64,000 bases of DNA from Sphaerodactylus townsendi. Taxonomy: Eukaryota. Below the pieces are notes generated by a model that did not search any database, was not told the origin of the DNA, and saw only the letters and a program-made list of their open reading frames with translations. The first letter of the stretch is position 1. Every line of letters starts with the position of its first letter. The translations under genes were made by a program, and so were the position numbers. Shown in pieces: positions 25,629 to 38,659 of the stretch. The stretch is from assembly GCF_021028975.2 (NCBI RefSeq), contig NC_059431.1, forward strand, positions 53,072,001 through 53,136,000. Direction: 5' to 3'.

Positions 25629-26175
25629 TCCAAAAAATAAAACAAATTTAAACAACTTATACAAACACAACAGGGAAACCAAATAACCAAACTCAAGGCA
25701 ATTGAAAGACCCCTTAGGCCTTGCAAGGCCCTGAGGCCTCCTCCAACCCACCAGCAGGCCAAAGAAAAAAATGTGCAATAGGCAGACTTCACCAAAAATA
25801 AAATAGAGCAAATTATTTTAAAATAAACCCACTATTTCAAACTGTTCAATGTCTTCTTCTCCAGGCAGCTGGGAAGCAGCAGGAATCCAATGCATTCAGC
25901 CGGTAATCCAAGACATGCAGCTGTCTAAGCACCAGAAAATCAGAGGGAAGAACTGCAGCTAAATCCAAGCTTTGCACTAAACTCTCTCAAATACCTGCTT
26001 TGGAATGGGGACTGCTGGAACCAGACTTTCTATTAATGCTCTTTGCCATGCATAAAAAAATCTGAAAGAAATCCAGGCCCAAAACACCTTCTGCGATTGA
26101 CCAAAGAGCAGTGTGGTCCCTAACCTGAGATCCTATTAGCCACTTTAACTTTCTGTCACCATTTCCACCCTCCCC

Positions 26176-27340
26176 TGTCTAAAGTTATTGCAGTCCATAT
26201 TGAGATTGCAGCAACTTAGCCAAAATGCATTGCAGCCTGTGACGTTCAGACACATGTGTATTTTCAAAGTGCAGTTTTGTCAAAGTATAATTTTGTTTAC
26301 CTCCAGAGTGAGGCACAGAAAGGCCTAGGAAAAGGGGAACCACCTGATTGGCTGTGACCTTCTGCACTCTGATTGGGCAAGTAACAGTATAATGCAGAGA
26401 GAGGGAGAAGGTTATCTCCCTTGTTAGTACAGTCTGTGGGGCTTTTGATTTGAATCATTTGTACTGTTAAGAACTGTCTGTTTTAACTGAGTACAAACTA
26501 ATCATTGTGTGTGACAGGAACTATTGTTAACAGCCTGAGTGCTGAGAAAAAGCAATTATACACTGACCAAGTATACTGGTGGGTAAGGGTTTATATGAGA
26601 ACCAAGAGAAGATCACATAAACCGAGTTAGGAATTGTCCAGTGTACCAGTGGGTCTGGGGTGTAGGGATTCGCTTTAAACTTTGCTAGAGAGTTTATGTT
26701 TTGTTTTGAAAGTTTTACCTAACCGTTACAGCTGTGTGAGGGTACAGTGAAAAAGTACCAAGTCAGTGTTAGGACCTGTATGTGAATAGCCATTACTAGA
26801 AAATCTGAGGCCAGCCAAGAGACATAAAACAATGAACTAATTGGTATATGCAATTGTGTTTCTATATATACAGTCCATGCTTCTTAGGCTTGGCTAGCCT
26901 CAGATTTTCTAGTATTGGTTTGACTGTATATATTTGCTGGTTTGTTTAATGTGAATAGCCATTAGCCAAAAAATCTAAGCAAATGAACTGTACAAAATAT
27001 GAACTATCTAAAACTAAAATCTAAGCTAAAGAGAACTAAGTAATCTTTAGTGCTGTGCTGAAGAAACCAAAAAAACTGTAAGTCTCTATGCCAAACTCTC
27101 TTGTGAATAGTGTATATATATTTATCCTGCCTCCTGCCTTGTTTACTACATCTTTATCCATCTCCAAGTTGTTATTCTCCCCTTACTATCTCCTGCCTGT
27201 TAAATAAATCTGTTATTTTATTTAAGTTCAAATCTGCCACTATTTATTTTATCTGTGTCTTTGTGAGGGGAGTGCCTGTGGAAAACATAAATAAAAGTTA
27301 ATAGGCATCCTTCGCCTTCTGGTTGTAAACAAAGCTGAGG
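26176..27340 (+). mobile_element. LTR-like repeat related to part of 41500-42960 (boundaries approximate)
   Basis: Shares CTGCACTCTGATTGG, GTGAGGGTAC...GTACCAAG and AATAAA...AAATCTGCC...TATTTATTTT blocks with 41620-42900. No TSD resolved. Confidence 0.5.
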
Positions 27341-28329
27341 GTGTTAAAGCAGCAGATACTCGGGAGTAGACCACTTTGTAGAATGCAATGCTGAAACAAC
27401 TGACAGACACACAGTCAACAGTGCAGAGGTTCTATTTATTGCTACAACTATCAAAGTGCCTCGCCAGACAACAGGTGTTTGCAGGCACACTGAGTTCTCT
27501 GTGCCAACCATATACAGGTTCTGACAGAGGGAAGGTGCTTTCTACCTTACGCTACGATTATTAGAGGCACTGAAGAGAAAAAGGCAGGAAAACCCTGAGA
27601 GAATGGTTACCCAGCCTGAAGAAATATAGAAAGTGAAGGGGGCGCACGTCAAGAAGCTGTTGACCAAAATGAAATGCTCAAGGGAGCTTTCCTATTTGTC
27701 CCTTCAGGATGACTCTCCCACTCTCCTGTTGCCCTGGAAACCAGCCACAGGGCAGGAAAATAGCAATATGGGATTGCTCCTTCCAAGTAATCATTAAAGG
27801 GATTTGTCTTTGCTAGCCCACTGAATCTCACCTGATTGACCCACAAACTACCAGCTAAGTTGTGGGTTTTTTGGGAGGAGGGAGCATAAATTTAAAGCCC
27901 AATTGTCAGCTTAGCAAATGGGCTTTACTTTAAAAAAAAAATCCTTGTGCTCTTATTTGGGACATAAAAAAGCTGAAATTCCAGAAGAAAGTTGATTTTT
28001 TTCAGGCTTTTCAACTATTTCTGGATAGATTTCAGAGGGGTTTTTTGGCTCAGATTATTTGCATGAACACCCCTAGATATGATTTGTAACCTTCTACAGA
28101 ATGCAATATTTACAGTTGCAACATTTGTTGGTATCTAAATATGAACGTGTGGCATTAAGTATCTCAGAGTCCCTGCTGCTTCTGGAAGCTCTAATTGAAT
28201 CAAGACCGAAAACAAAACGAACAATATTTGTTTATAAATATTTGATATCAATTAATAAATATGATATGAGGAGTCCCGGGAATTAATTGAACAAGAGGCT
28301 AGTTCACTGTATTGTGCCAAAGCAAAGAG

Positions 28330-29065
28330 ATATGGCCTTAATTTGGAATACTGTGTACGTTTCTGGTCTCTGAATCTCTAAAAGGACACCTCAGAGCTGG
28401 AAGAGATTACAGAAGATTATCAGGAAAAGGATTGAAAATAAAAGAATCAATATTATAATGTCTCAGTATAGATCTATGTGGCCTCATTTGGAATATTATG
28501 TACAGTTCTGGTCTCAAAAAGGATATTGTAGAGCTGGAAAAGATACTGAAGAAGACAACCAAGATGACTGGTGTTGGAACACCTTCTCTACAAGAAAAGG
28601 CTGAAGTGTCTGGGCGTTTTCAGTTTGGAAAAGAGATGACTAAGGAGGGATATGATAGAGGTTTATAAAATTATCCACGTGGTAGAAAGAGCTGACAAAA
28701 AGAACTTTTTTCTCTCTTCCAAAATATTAGAATACAATGACATCCCTTGAAGCTGATGGACAGTAAATTCAAGATGGACAAAAGGAAATATTTCTTTACA
28801 CAGCAAATCACAGGTACAGGCATCTTTAAAAGGGGATTAGAAAGATTTATGGAGGATCAGTGATTATCAGCCATTGTGAGTAAAGAGAACTTCCATGTTT
28901 AAAGCAATAAACCTCTGAATTCCAGTGACGGGAGTAAACATCCGGGGCAGGTCCCAGCCCCTATGTCCTGTTGTTGGTCCCCAAGAAACTGGTTGGTCAC
29001 TATGTAAGACAGGATGCTGGACTACATGGACTCCTTGTCTGATCTACCAGGGCTCTTCTTATGTT
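28330..29065 (+). mobile_element. CR1 LINE 3' fragment with a duplicated 5' segment
   Basis: Two successive copies of the PHLEY.VQFW...KKD..ELEK-coding block (~28335-28410 and ~28480-28545), then a CR1 3' end (GACAGGATGCTGGACTA...CTGATCTACCAGGGCTCTTCTTATGTT). Confidence 0.82.
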
Positions 29066-32000
29066 TGATAGGTAAATATAAGGTGTCCAACAGCTGCAAT
29101 CAGCCATAGAGAGAACCTGTTTTAAATTGCTGTCAAACAGTTTTGCAACTGTGCAGTAGCTGTGTTGGTAGAGTTTCATTCCTTTGCTTTGTAAGGGCTT
29201 TTGGATCTGCACAGTATGCGAGATTATTTTATCCAGGAATCAGACAATTAAATACCATGGAATGATGCCTTCCTTAAGGCTGAGCAAAAAACATGCATGT
29301 TCAAAATTACATTGATACACAAAAATGTGCATGTTCAAAATCATGTTAGTAACACAGAGTTATACTGTGACACTGAAAAAATAAGTTTTTTATTTTGGCA
29401 GGCTAATTGACTGATTTGGTGTTTATACAATTAGCTGCTGATTTTCCTGTGTTCTACTGTACTGTTTGGCTATGTAAAAATAACCGAACAAACAGGCTCA
29501 AAGCAGCAAACAGACTGTCAGCTGAACTTTTATAGTTGTAATTATATGTAAGAATGGTTCTGAATTGCATGAACACACCATTTAGATTTGAAAATCCAAT
29601 TTTCGGAGATGGATTCTCCCCATTTAGGATGAAAATTGTGTCAACTTTTGTTCTGGCCATACCAGTGACATTCAAGAGAATTATTGTCTTTATAAATATG
29701 CCAGATTTTGTTTCAGTACAAAAGAGAATGGAATGAACTTGTGTAAGTATCAATTTACAATGCCAAAATGAGGAAAAAAACTGGTAACATCAGTATAAAC
29801 TGGAAATCAGCATAAACTGGTAACATGCCTAAAACAGAAAGATTCACGACAGCACTCAAACACCAACAGCATATTTACATATTCCTTAAATTGTTTCACC
29901 ATATATATTCTAAAGGAACAAATTCATCTTCTAGTTGTACATAAAGGAAGTAGCTCCTCTGCAACTAATAAGGGTAATCTGGACTTGATTTGTAAGATGT
30001 TTAAAAGGTACTTGAACATTAAGAGATATATTTTCTCATTTATCCATGCATGCTTTTATCCATAATTTTTCTTGACAACCTATAAGGGATTGAGGCATTT
30101 CATGCTGAAATGAAAATAGACAGTAATATGGGATTATGTGACCTTTGGAGGTACCATATTTTTTCATGCTGTGCCTTCATTATGGTTGAACTTGTTAAAA
30201 AAAGCCATTCACAGAACAACACAGTAGAGATTACAATACAAATAAGTTCCCAAAATATGGGTCAATAATTTGTACTTGTTTGCTCAACAAATGTAAATCT
30301 TATTTTTTTTAAAAAAAATTACCCTCACAGAAACCTAAGGAGTAAAAAGTTCTGCATGGTAAACAAGGAGGTACATTTTAGGAGCCTCATGTCTTGATTG
30401 CTACTCTGCGATCAGAATCATTTCTCACACTTTGAAACAAAAGTAAATGGCAGTTTTCAATGTTAAGAACCCCTGTGGAAATAAGATGAAATGAGAAGAG
30501 GCTTTCAGCCCTGTGAGAAAAATCAATCTGATGGAAAATTGACAAACTTGTTTAACGTGTCGGCACAAGATCCAAGAGCTGACCCGTAGAGACCTCCACT
30601 TAGACACACTGTGAAGTTACTGTCAGTTCTCTTAATCTGTTCAATTACACAACAGGATCTCAAAGGGGAATTTTTACCAAACATCAGTTTAAATTAACTT
30701 TTCTCCTCTGTGTTTTAAACCTCCAGCCTTTTCTTCCACCCTGAATAATGCTTCTCCAACATTTCTGGTAATCATTTTTTTTAAAGCCAACACAATTGTT
30801 TATCAATAAAAAAGAATTATGGCAAGATCAATTTCAATTTTTTTAACTGGATTAAGATTAATCTATGAGAGTTTATTTTAAAATAAGTAGCACAACATAA
30901 AAGGGGTATTTCATTGTTTTGTCTAAGGTTTAGATTTTTTTCTTCAATGCAAATAAATATGTGTCCTTTGCTTTAGTTGTAAAGCAAGAACATAGTAGGG
31001 TCTGGCAAGGAAAAAAGTGAATCTAGACTGCTACTAATTGCTTCTAAACATTCCATTTTGCCTGCTGACATGATTTCCCAATAGACAGGTCAACTGAAGT
31101 CACAAAATTAAGGCTATAATCCTAACCATACTTAATATGAATTAAATCCTAGTAAATTCAGTGAGATTTTCAGGTAAACTTATTTGGGATAAGGCTGCAA
31201 GACAATCAGACATGGAAAAGTTCAACAAAAGTTTTGAATAGTGAAATATTGGAAAGACACTGATGTGGTATTATAGGCAAAGTTCACACCATTCAAGAAC
31301 AAGAAATGGCTATATTAGATAAATAATCAGCCTCTGAACATCAGGAGGAGCCTGACTATATGGCCCCTAGAGTTGTTAAATGATCTCTAGAGTTGTTTCC
31401 TTATATATATACATTAATGAAGAATTGACCTATCAATAGCTGTTAGCCATGATCTCCATGAAACCTGTATTTCTGTATTTCTGACATACTGGAGAGGAAT
31501 AATGGGGAAATCTGGACCTTCTGGAACATCAGGTTGGCCACTAAAGAGGAATTTATCCATTGGTCTGATTCAAAGAGATTGTTCTTAAGCTTTGATGAAT
31601 TGCTATTTCAAATCAAAAGCTCTGTAAGCATTGCATATTGCTTTGTATTTGTAAATTATTAGTTTATTATTCAGATTTGTTGCCAGGAGAGTTCTGCCTC
31701 AGTTTTGTTGTCTTGTCAGCCTATAACCAGCTCAACTGTTCTACCCTCTTAGAAAAGCCTTGCCCACCCTTGTCTAAAGGTCTGTTCCAAACCAATCAGA
31801 TAAGCCTCAATCAGAGAACTTTTAGTGCAGGACATAAGGAGGATAGGATTGTGTTTGTGTAACTGAGTTTTAATTGTGGAATATAATGGCCTGCGAGAGC
31901 TATGTCACAAGACAAGCCTAGAGAAATGATGCAGGCATGGCGAGAACTTTCCAGTCAAAGTACAATACCTTGGTGTATGGTCTCAATCTACTCTAACAGA

Positions 32001-32129
32001 AAAGACTTCCTGACATTGCAACCTGTAAGTAAAGGACACCGTTCTTGATAGTGCCTTCTGTCTTGTTCTGGTACTCCTTGTTTTGGAAAGCCTTCTACTT
32101 TGAAAACTGTCCTTGAACATACCTCTTCT

Positions 32130-32371
32130 ATGTACTGTCGAAGGCTTTCATGGCCAGATTCAACTGATTGGTGTGGGTTTTCTGGGCTGTGTGGCCGTAG
32201 TCTGGTGGATCTTGTTCCTAATGTTTTGCCTGCACCTGTGGCTGGCATCTTCAGAGGTGTATCACAGAGGGAAGTCTGTTACACACACCTCTGAAGATGC
32301 CAGCCACAGATGCAGGCGAAACGTTAGAACGAGATTTACCAGACCACGGCCACACAGCCCGGAAAACCCAC
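32130..32371. mobile_element. Short Penelope-like element: inverted pLTR pair forming a long hairpin
   Basis: Arms ~32172-32260 and ~32284-32372 are near-perfect reverse complements; same sequence as the pLTR next to the GIY-YIG ORF at ~37980-38100; 14-bp flanking duplication AACATAC(C/T)TCTTCT. Confidence 0.88.
32288..32328 (+). ncRNA. Minimal type I hammerhead ribozyme motif (Penelope type)
   Basis: CCU-CUGAAGA-UGCC...GGC-GAAACGU-U-AGA: both catalytic boxes, GCC/GGC stem II, palindromic ACGU stem III; one stem I mismatch. Confidence 0.72.
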
Positions 32372-32669
32372 AACATACTTCTTCTGCTTTACTTGCTCCT
32401 TCTTTCTCAGCTAGTTCATTTTAAAAGGCATCATTTTAATGAAGTTTCTGCCTGAAATATTGAACAGTTATTATTAGAATTATTCATGATCTCATGCTGA
32501 GATTTAATCGTTTGTCCACCATTTGAGGCAGCCATTTTGAGGTTGGCTCAGCCTCTTCAGGCAGCCAGTTTATGGTTGACTTCACTTCCGCAGGCAGCTG
32601 TCTTGTGGTTGTGCCCATCATCCAGTGGCAGAATTCCAAAGGTACTTGCAGGCCCAAAATAATGTGTGT

Positions 32670-32835
32670 ATAGTGCCACCAAATTGCAGTTGGTTTATGA
32701 TAACTCCATAAGGCTTTTGAAACATATGATTAAGCAGAGACAGTTTGCCACTGCATTCCTTTGGAAAGTCTTTCTTGGTGGTCTCCCATTTAAGTACCAA
32801 CCCTGCTTAGCTTCTGAGATCTGACAACAGTGAGC
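32670..32835 (-). mobile_element. 5S rRNA-headed SINE (decayed)
   Basis: Reverse complement has CAGATCTCAGAAGCTAAGCAGGG..GTACTTAAATGGGAGACCACC, matching the 5S internal promoter region, followed by a non-5S tail. Confidence 0.7.
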
Positions 32836-34004
32836 TATACTATACCGTTTCTCCAAATCTGTACATATAATTGAGCAGCATGTTCCCAATAACAAACCAA
32901 AAAAAGCAAATAACTCTGAGAGATGTAATCCAGAGGGTGTTCTTTCCAGAGCAAAGAGGAGCTGACTGGAGTACAATTCCCATAATGCTTCACTTTACCA
33001 ACAGAGTCCTCGCCTCCCAGAAGGCCACTGATGAAGGTCTGAAGAGTAACTGGAAGCCAAGGAGGGGTTGCAGATACTGTTCTCACTCACTGAAAATATA
33101 TGTGGTCATAATAGAGCCAGACACTTACAGTGAGTTTCCCTTCGCTCCAATCAGAATCCATTACGGCTCATGCAAGTGCTTGAATTGTATACCTGTCTTG
33201 ACAGGGTCACACATTATATAGATGATATCCTGGCGAGCCTCGTTTTGAAACAGGAACTGGTAATCAAACACAGGAAAGTAAAAATGTGTTATGGCAGAAA
33301 TAAAATATCTAGGCCACTGCTTTAAAATGCACATTTAAAACCTTATGTATCCAAAAGCATTATGCTGAACTAGAATACTGGCAATAATATTTGGATTCAT
33401 GAGATTCTGCCAATTTATCTGTGAAAAAACAATTACTCTGACTACAATCCACAAACTACTGGAAACAAGTTTAAGATCGACTTGATATAATATGCCCTGA
33501 TGAAGCAAAATGTATAATATCATTTGAGCAGGGAACAATCAGAATGGCTCTGGATTTCACCATCTTCTTGGACTTTGCTGGACTGAATACTGTGCTGATA
33601 TAAGGCAACTATAAATTTGCTTCACACTGTAGAAGACTTCACTTTTAATACTTTCAATCTCAGCCTGCCTTTCTTCTTTTCTTTAATAGCAGTTATCTGT
33701 ATCTTCTAAATAGTATTTTCTATGTTTTAACATTTCAGTTTTGGTCCCTGCTTAGATGGGTTTTTTATTTTCCTTCTTCATGCTCTTCAATCTTTTACAA
33801 GTAGCTATTAATTGCTTGAAACAAAAAAAACTTAAAATGCTTATCTTATTAATTGGGTAGGCTGAAGATTATCAAAGAATCCTGGAGTTAGTTGAAAGGG
33901 GTCATAACAGGCCAAATAGTCTAATTGAAAGATGATTGCTCATCCTCTGTCTGAGGACATCCAGCTAAAAGTATCCCCATTCCCTGATGTCTGGGAACTG
34001 GGTG

Positions 34005-34508
34005 TATCATGGCAGGCTAGGTGTGGGGGTGGCAACATGACCAAGCTCATCGAGGTTCGGAACCAGTAAACTCACACCATGAAAAGCTACAAAGAGCTTT
34101 TTGAGAGAAAATTAGAAAAAAGATATTAAAACAGGACATACAGTTTGGTGATGAAAGGATGCATAGAAAATAATAAAGCTAACTTGCAGACTTCTTACTG
34201 AAGTTCTAACACAACATAGTTCGTCTTTCTGACAACTAGGAGCAGAAAGGGGAAGAAGAAACTACCGTTAGGGAAAAAGCTGGCCATGACCTGCTGACCT
34301 ACCACAACCTATCATACAGCTGTCTTTATGGAACCTTCCAGGGAATAAGTGAACTGCCCACTTCCAACTGAGATTCTCAGCTGCAGCACGTGATCTAATT
34401 AAGCCTGCTTGGGAATATATGCTTGAGATAAAATGCATTCTGCATCTGCAAAAGTCAGAAAACTAGCTCATGATGGAAAATTCCTTCAAGATAGATACTC
34501 TGGTGACA
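34005..34508. mobile_element. Solo LTR (504 bp, older)
   Basis: TATCATGG (degenerate TGTCA)...GGTGACA termini; 5-bp TSD GGGTG (34000-34004, 34509-34513). Confidence 0.65.
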
Positions 34509-36344
34509 GGGTGGTGCAGCTAATATTTGCTATATAGACAAGCCCTTGGTTGGTAGCAATTCAGAATTCATGTTTCATAATTCACACCTCCATTTCATAA
34601 TTTACATATTTTTCATGACATTGTTCAACACAAAGATTTCAGAGAAACCTTACCACAAAATGACTAAAAACAAAAATAGTTTTCATTCTTCCGCTTACTA
34701 TAAAAGCATTCTGGATGAATGCAACTATTTTAATGCATCTCTTTGGGGAGCTGTGCCAGCTGGCAACTGCTATAAAAATGCCAAGACAGTAACAGCGATT
34801 TTCCTAAGAAGACAGCAATGCTGAGCAGAACTCGGATAACAAATGGCAGAATTTCAGTGGTGGCCAAGGGCAAGTCAGTAAATATAAAAAGGGAGACAAT
34901 TCCTGGCTCTGGCTTGCCTGTCAGGGAGTTGATAGATTGTTGCACAGAGTGCTGAATCCCAATCTTTTAGTTATGTTCTTCATGTTTATTTAAAAGGGAA
35001 TTCAAGTGGTTTCAATAGGCAAAAATCACGCTGGCATTAGAAACTTCCAATTAATATGATAGAAAAAGCAAAGGCAAATCTATTTAGTTCAGCTTGTAAA
35101 GTTTTCTAGTCAAAGGACTGTGACATATATAGGTACATCAATATGTTTATAAAAACCTAGTGCAAAGCCAACTGTACTCACGCTCACTACCCTAGAAAAT
35201 TCTTACTGGATTGTGTTCTCCTTTACATGATGTTATGTGAATTCATACTCTTATGGTATTTTATGGTTTATTTGGTTATACTGCTTTATATTTCCTATGC
35301 TATTACTATTTTTATGTTGTTTATATTGCTTTGTTTGTGATTTTATTATATTATTATATTTGTTTTATTTATTCTGTTTCATTTGAAAACTGCTTCAGTC
35401 TTGTTTGTATGAAGTTTCACACTAATCTTCATGTACTTTAGGATATTGGAAATTTTCTGATTGGAAATGTTTCTCCATTCTTTTCACAGGTTTTTTTGAT
35501 AGAATTGCTGTGTATAACACATGTACAGGTCATATAAGAGACTGAATAAAATTTATAAGGTTCCCTATACATAACTGATTCTATGACCATAACACATGTC
35601 AGTTGACATGTTGTCTGTAGCCTGATTAATTTTGTTGTGTTAGTAATTCTACTTGTATTTTGAATTCTCTGCCATATTTTCATTGTCCGTCCTTGAGGAA
35701 GTCTCAGTTTTGAGTACTCTGAAGTGGATAATAACTTTACAGCATGACTTTTAAATGCTTGATTTTTATATTATTTGCTGCATATATTTGTGATGCATAC
35801 TGTCCTGATGCATAGTCCTCACACAGATTCACTTGCTCGAGTCATCTGCATGCATTTTCAGTTTTTGCTTTCTGCTTGCAACCCAATTGCGATCTATATT
35901 TGATATCATGTCACCTGATATCATGTGTCAGTACCATACATTGCTCAGCAGTGAAGGACTTAAGTACATACAGTGGCAGAGTACCATCGATGAGCAAAGA
36001 ATTTACGTGATCTAACCATTTACAACTGGACTCCACCACTGGTTACACCAGGACCTACCCACAACTGCTAGTCTTTATCCCACTCCCAGAAATACCAGGT
36101 TTTACCATTTATGCATGAGAGCTGCTCTGGTCCTGTCAAGCTCCTCTCAGATGCACTAGGCTCAGCCTTGGGGCCCATTCTTGAGCTCTGTCCTGGTACC
36201 AAAATTTTTCAATATACAAGAGGTGGCATGCCTTGTCTGCAACATTTGATGTACCATTTCAAGATCAGTTGACAGCAAGAACAGGTAATTCAAATATTTA
36301 CAAATTTTTCTCAACGAGATATACTTTCTGGATCATCTGGTTGC

Positions 36345-36452
36345 AGTGGGTTTTCCAGGCTGGATGGCCGTGGTCTGGTGGATTTTATTCCTTATGTTTC
36401 GCCTGCATCTGTGGCTGGCATCTTCAGAGGTGTATCACAGAGGGAAGTCTGA
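36345..36452 (-). mobile_element. Penelope-like pLTR fragment with hammerhead core
   Basis: Same block as 37980-38080; minus strand CCTCTGAAGATGCC...GGCGAAACATAAGG, with the stem III palindrome mutated. Confidence 0.75.
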
Positions 36453-38021
36453 TCATGTTTCTCTATTCTGGGATATGTGAGGGCTCTCCAGGATAAAATC
36501 AAGTCTTTTTTTTTAACAGTTCAAACAAACCAAGCAGCAATGTATCATCATCACATGCCTGCAAATCATGAATCTGGCAATATAATTTGACTCTTAATTT
36601 ATCGTACCTCCTTGTTAGAATAAACAAAACATGTTACTTTCAGAACTATGCCAGCTGCAGGAAACAGTAGCCACAATCCTTACATTATTCAATCTGAATT
36701 ACTCTGAAGTAGTTTTGAGCACTGCAGTTTATATGAGCATATGTGATTTTGTTTGCTTTTCAAATCTCAGTACAGGTGTCACTCAAGATATAATGCTCAG
36801 GAACCGTCTGGGCATTGTATTATATTCTTTTGAATTTCAGGTCTGTAGAACAATGAATGCATTATTTTAATAATTTGTCTTTGAGTTGCTAATAATTCTT
36901 TTATACTGCATATTTCAACAGTGAATAATAACAATCTGAACAATAATATTTGAAGGGCACAGCTTTGAAAAATATATCCGTTTGCTCTGTATACTGACTG
37001 TGGATGTATTGTTGCTCTGTAATGTTTTAATTAAAATATGTTTTCAAAATCATAGGCAGAAGTCATTCAAACATAAACAGAAATTTTATTTAAATTTTGG
37101 GAGTATAACAGACCATCTTCTCTTCTGCTTAAGGAAATCTGTTCTATAAAAGATGTTTATAAATATTATAAAGTTATGGAAATATAGTTTTCACTAAGAT
37201 TTGGAGCACCAGAGTTTGTTGGCTGGAAAATTAAGGTCACTAAAGCACACTAAGTCCCACTGTTGTTATTTTGGCAGCCCAATCCAGATGCAGGGGTGGT
37301 GGTGGTGGTGTGGTGGTGTAGAACAGCCACAGGAATTGGATGGGCTTGCACCGATATGGTCGATTCCCCATGGGAAAATTCTATCTAGATCAAACCAAGT
37401 TTGTAAATAAACCGCACTTTTAATCAGGGTTTCAACCTCCCCACCACAGTATTTATTCTGCGAAGACATGTAGGCCTGTCGTGGATTCCGGAAATGTAGC
37501 AGTCCCCACCACCATGCAATCTCCTTTGCGGGTCTTTCCTGATTGGCTGGCGTGCCGTGTTGGGGTGGGACCTTTTTGGGGCAGGAACCTGAGGTTAGAT
37601 TGTTTGCAAGGATAAATGTTTAAACGTTTAGGCGTTTAAGTGGGGTTTTGCTCGTTTGCAAGGATAAATGTTTAAGCGGGTTTTCAGTCATTTGGAAGGG
37701 CGAACGGTTAATCGTGTAAGCGGTTTTTCGTTCTGCTAACCGAAACCTGGAAGAGATTGCATGTGCATTGCTCAGTGCCGCTGAGAGCTGATTGGTTGCT
37801 AGACTTGGGTCAGGCTCCACAGCGGGAATTTTAAACATGGATTGGACCCCCATTCCTCCCCACGAAACTAGATCGAAAGCGTGCTAAGGAGAAAATTTGT
37901 ACACGCAAGCAGGTTCTGCCAGGACAAAGGATAAGGGGGAGAACGAGCGCCAGAAACAGGATGAATCCCTGGATCTGGTGGGTTTTCCAGGATGTGTAGC
38001 CGTGGTCTGGTGGATTTTGTT

Positions 38022-38062
38022 CCTAACGTTTCGCCTGCATCTGTGGCTGGCATCTTCAGAGG
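38022..38062 (-). ncRNA. Minimal type I hammerhead ribozyme motif, intact core
   Basis: Minus strand CCU CUGAAGA UGCC AGCCACAGAUGCA GGC GAAACGU U AGG: stem I CCU/AGG, stem II GCC/GGC, palindromic ACGU stem III, GUU cleavage triplet. Confidence 0.8.
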
Positions 38063-38170
38063 TGTATCACAGAGAAAATTCTGTTTCACACTGTGTCTAA
38101 GTGAGAAGGGGAAGTTTAGTGTATATTGTCCATGGTATATTGTCCATGTCCCAGGGTGAGGAACCAATCA

Positions 38171-38659
38171 TTAAGTGTTTGGGTGGAACTTGCTTTGCAA
38201 AGGTGTGGTTGAGTGCACTGTATTGCGGGTGAGGTTATCAGTCCATTTTTTAAGTACTGGGAGCCAGGCTTTGCTAATTTTTAACGTTTCTTCTTTCTTA
38301 TTCAAATTGTCCTGGTGTTTGTGAATGTCAATGGCCTCCCTGTGCAGTCTGACATAGTAAGCTTCTGAATTGTCCAGAATTTCAGTGTTCCCAAATAAAA
38401 TATTATGTCCAATTTTGTTTGACACATGTTCTGCAACTGCAGATTTTTCAGGATGGTTAAGCCGACAGTGTCTTTCGTGTTCCTTAATACGGGTCTGAAT
38501 GCTGTGTTTTGTGGTTCCTATGTAGACCTTTCCACAGCTACAGGGTATGCGATATACTCCTGCAGAAGTGAGGGGGTCTCTCTTGTCCTTTGCTGAGTGT
38601 AGCATTTGCTGTATTTTCCTAGTGGGTTTGAAGATGGTCTGCAGGTAATGCTTTTTCAT
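38171..38659 (-). pseudogene. GIY-YIG endonuclease domain of a Penelope-like element (C-terminal ORF fragment, no RT)
   Basis: GVYRIPCSCGKVYIGTT...RIKEH...SAVAEH...REAIDI...N: GIY, YIG, R, E and N motifs with the CxC insert typical of Penelope-like elements. Confidence 0.92.

Noticed and set aside
25211-25811. 194-aa and 88-aa hydrophobic ORFs
   Set aside because: Produced by the (AC)n microsatellite and A-rich low-complexity sequence.
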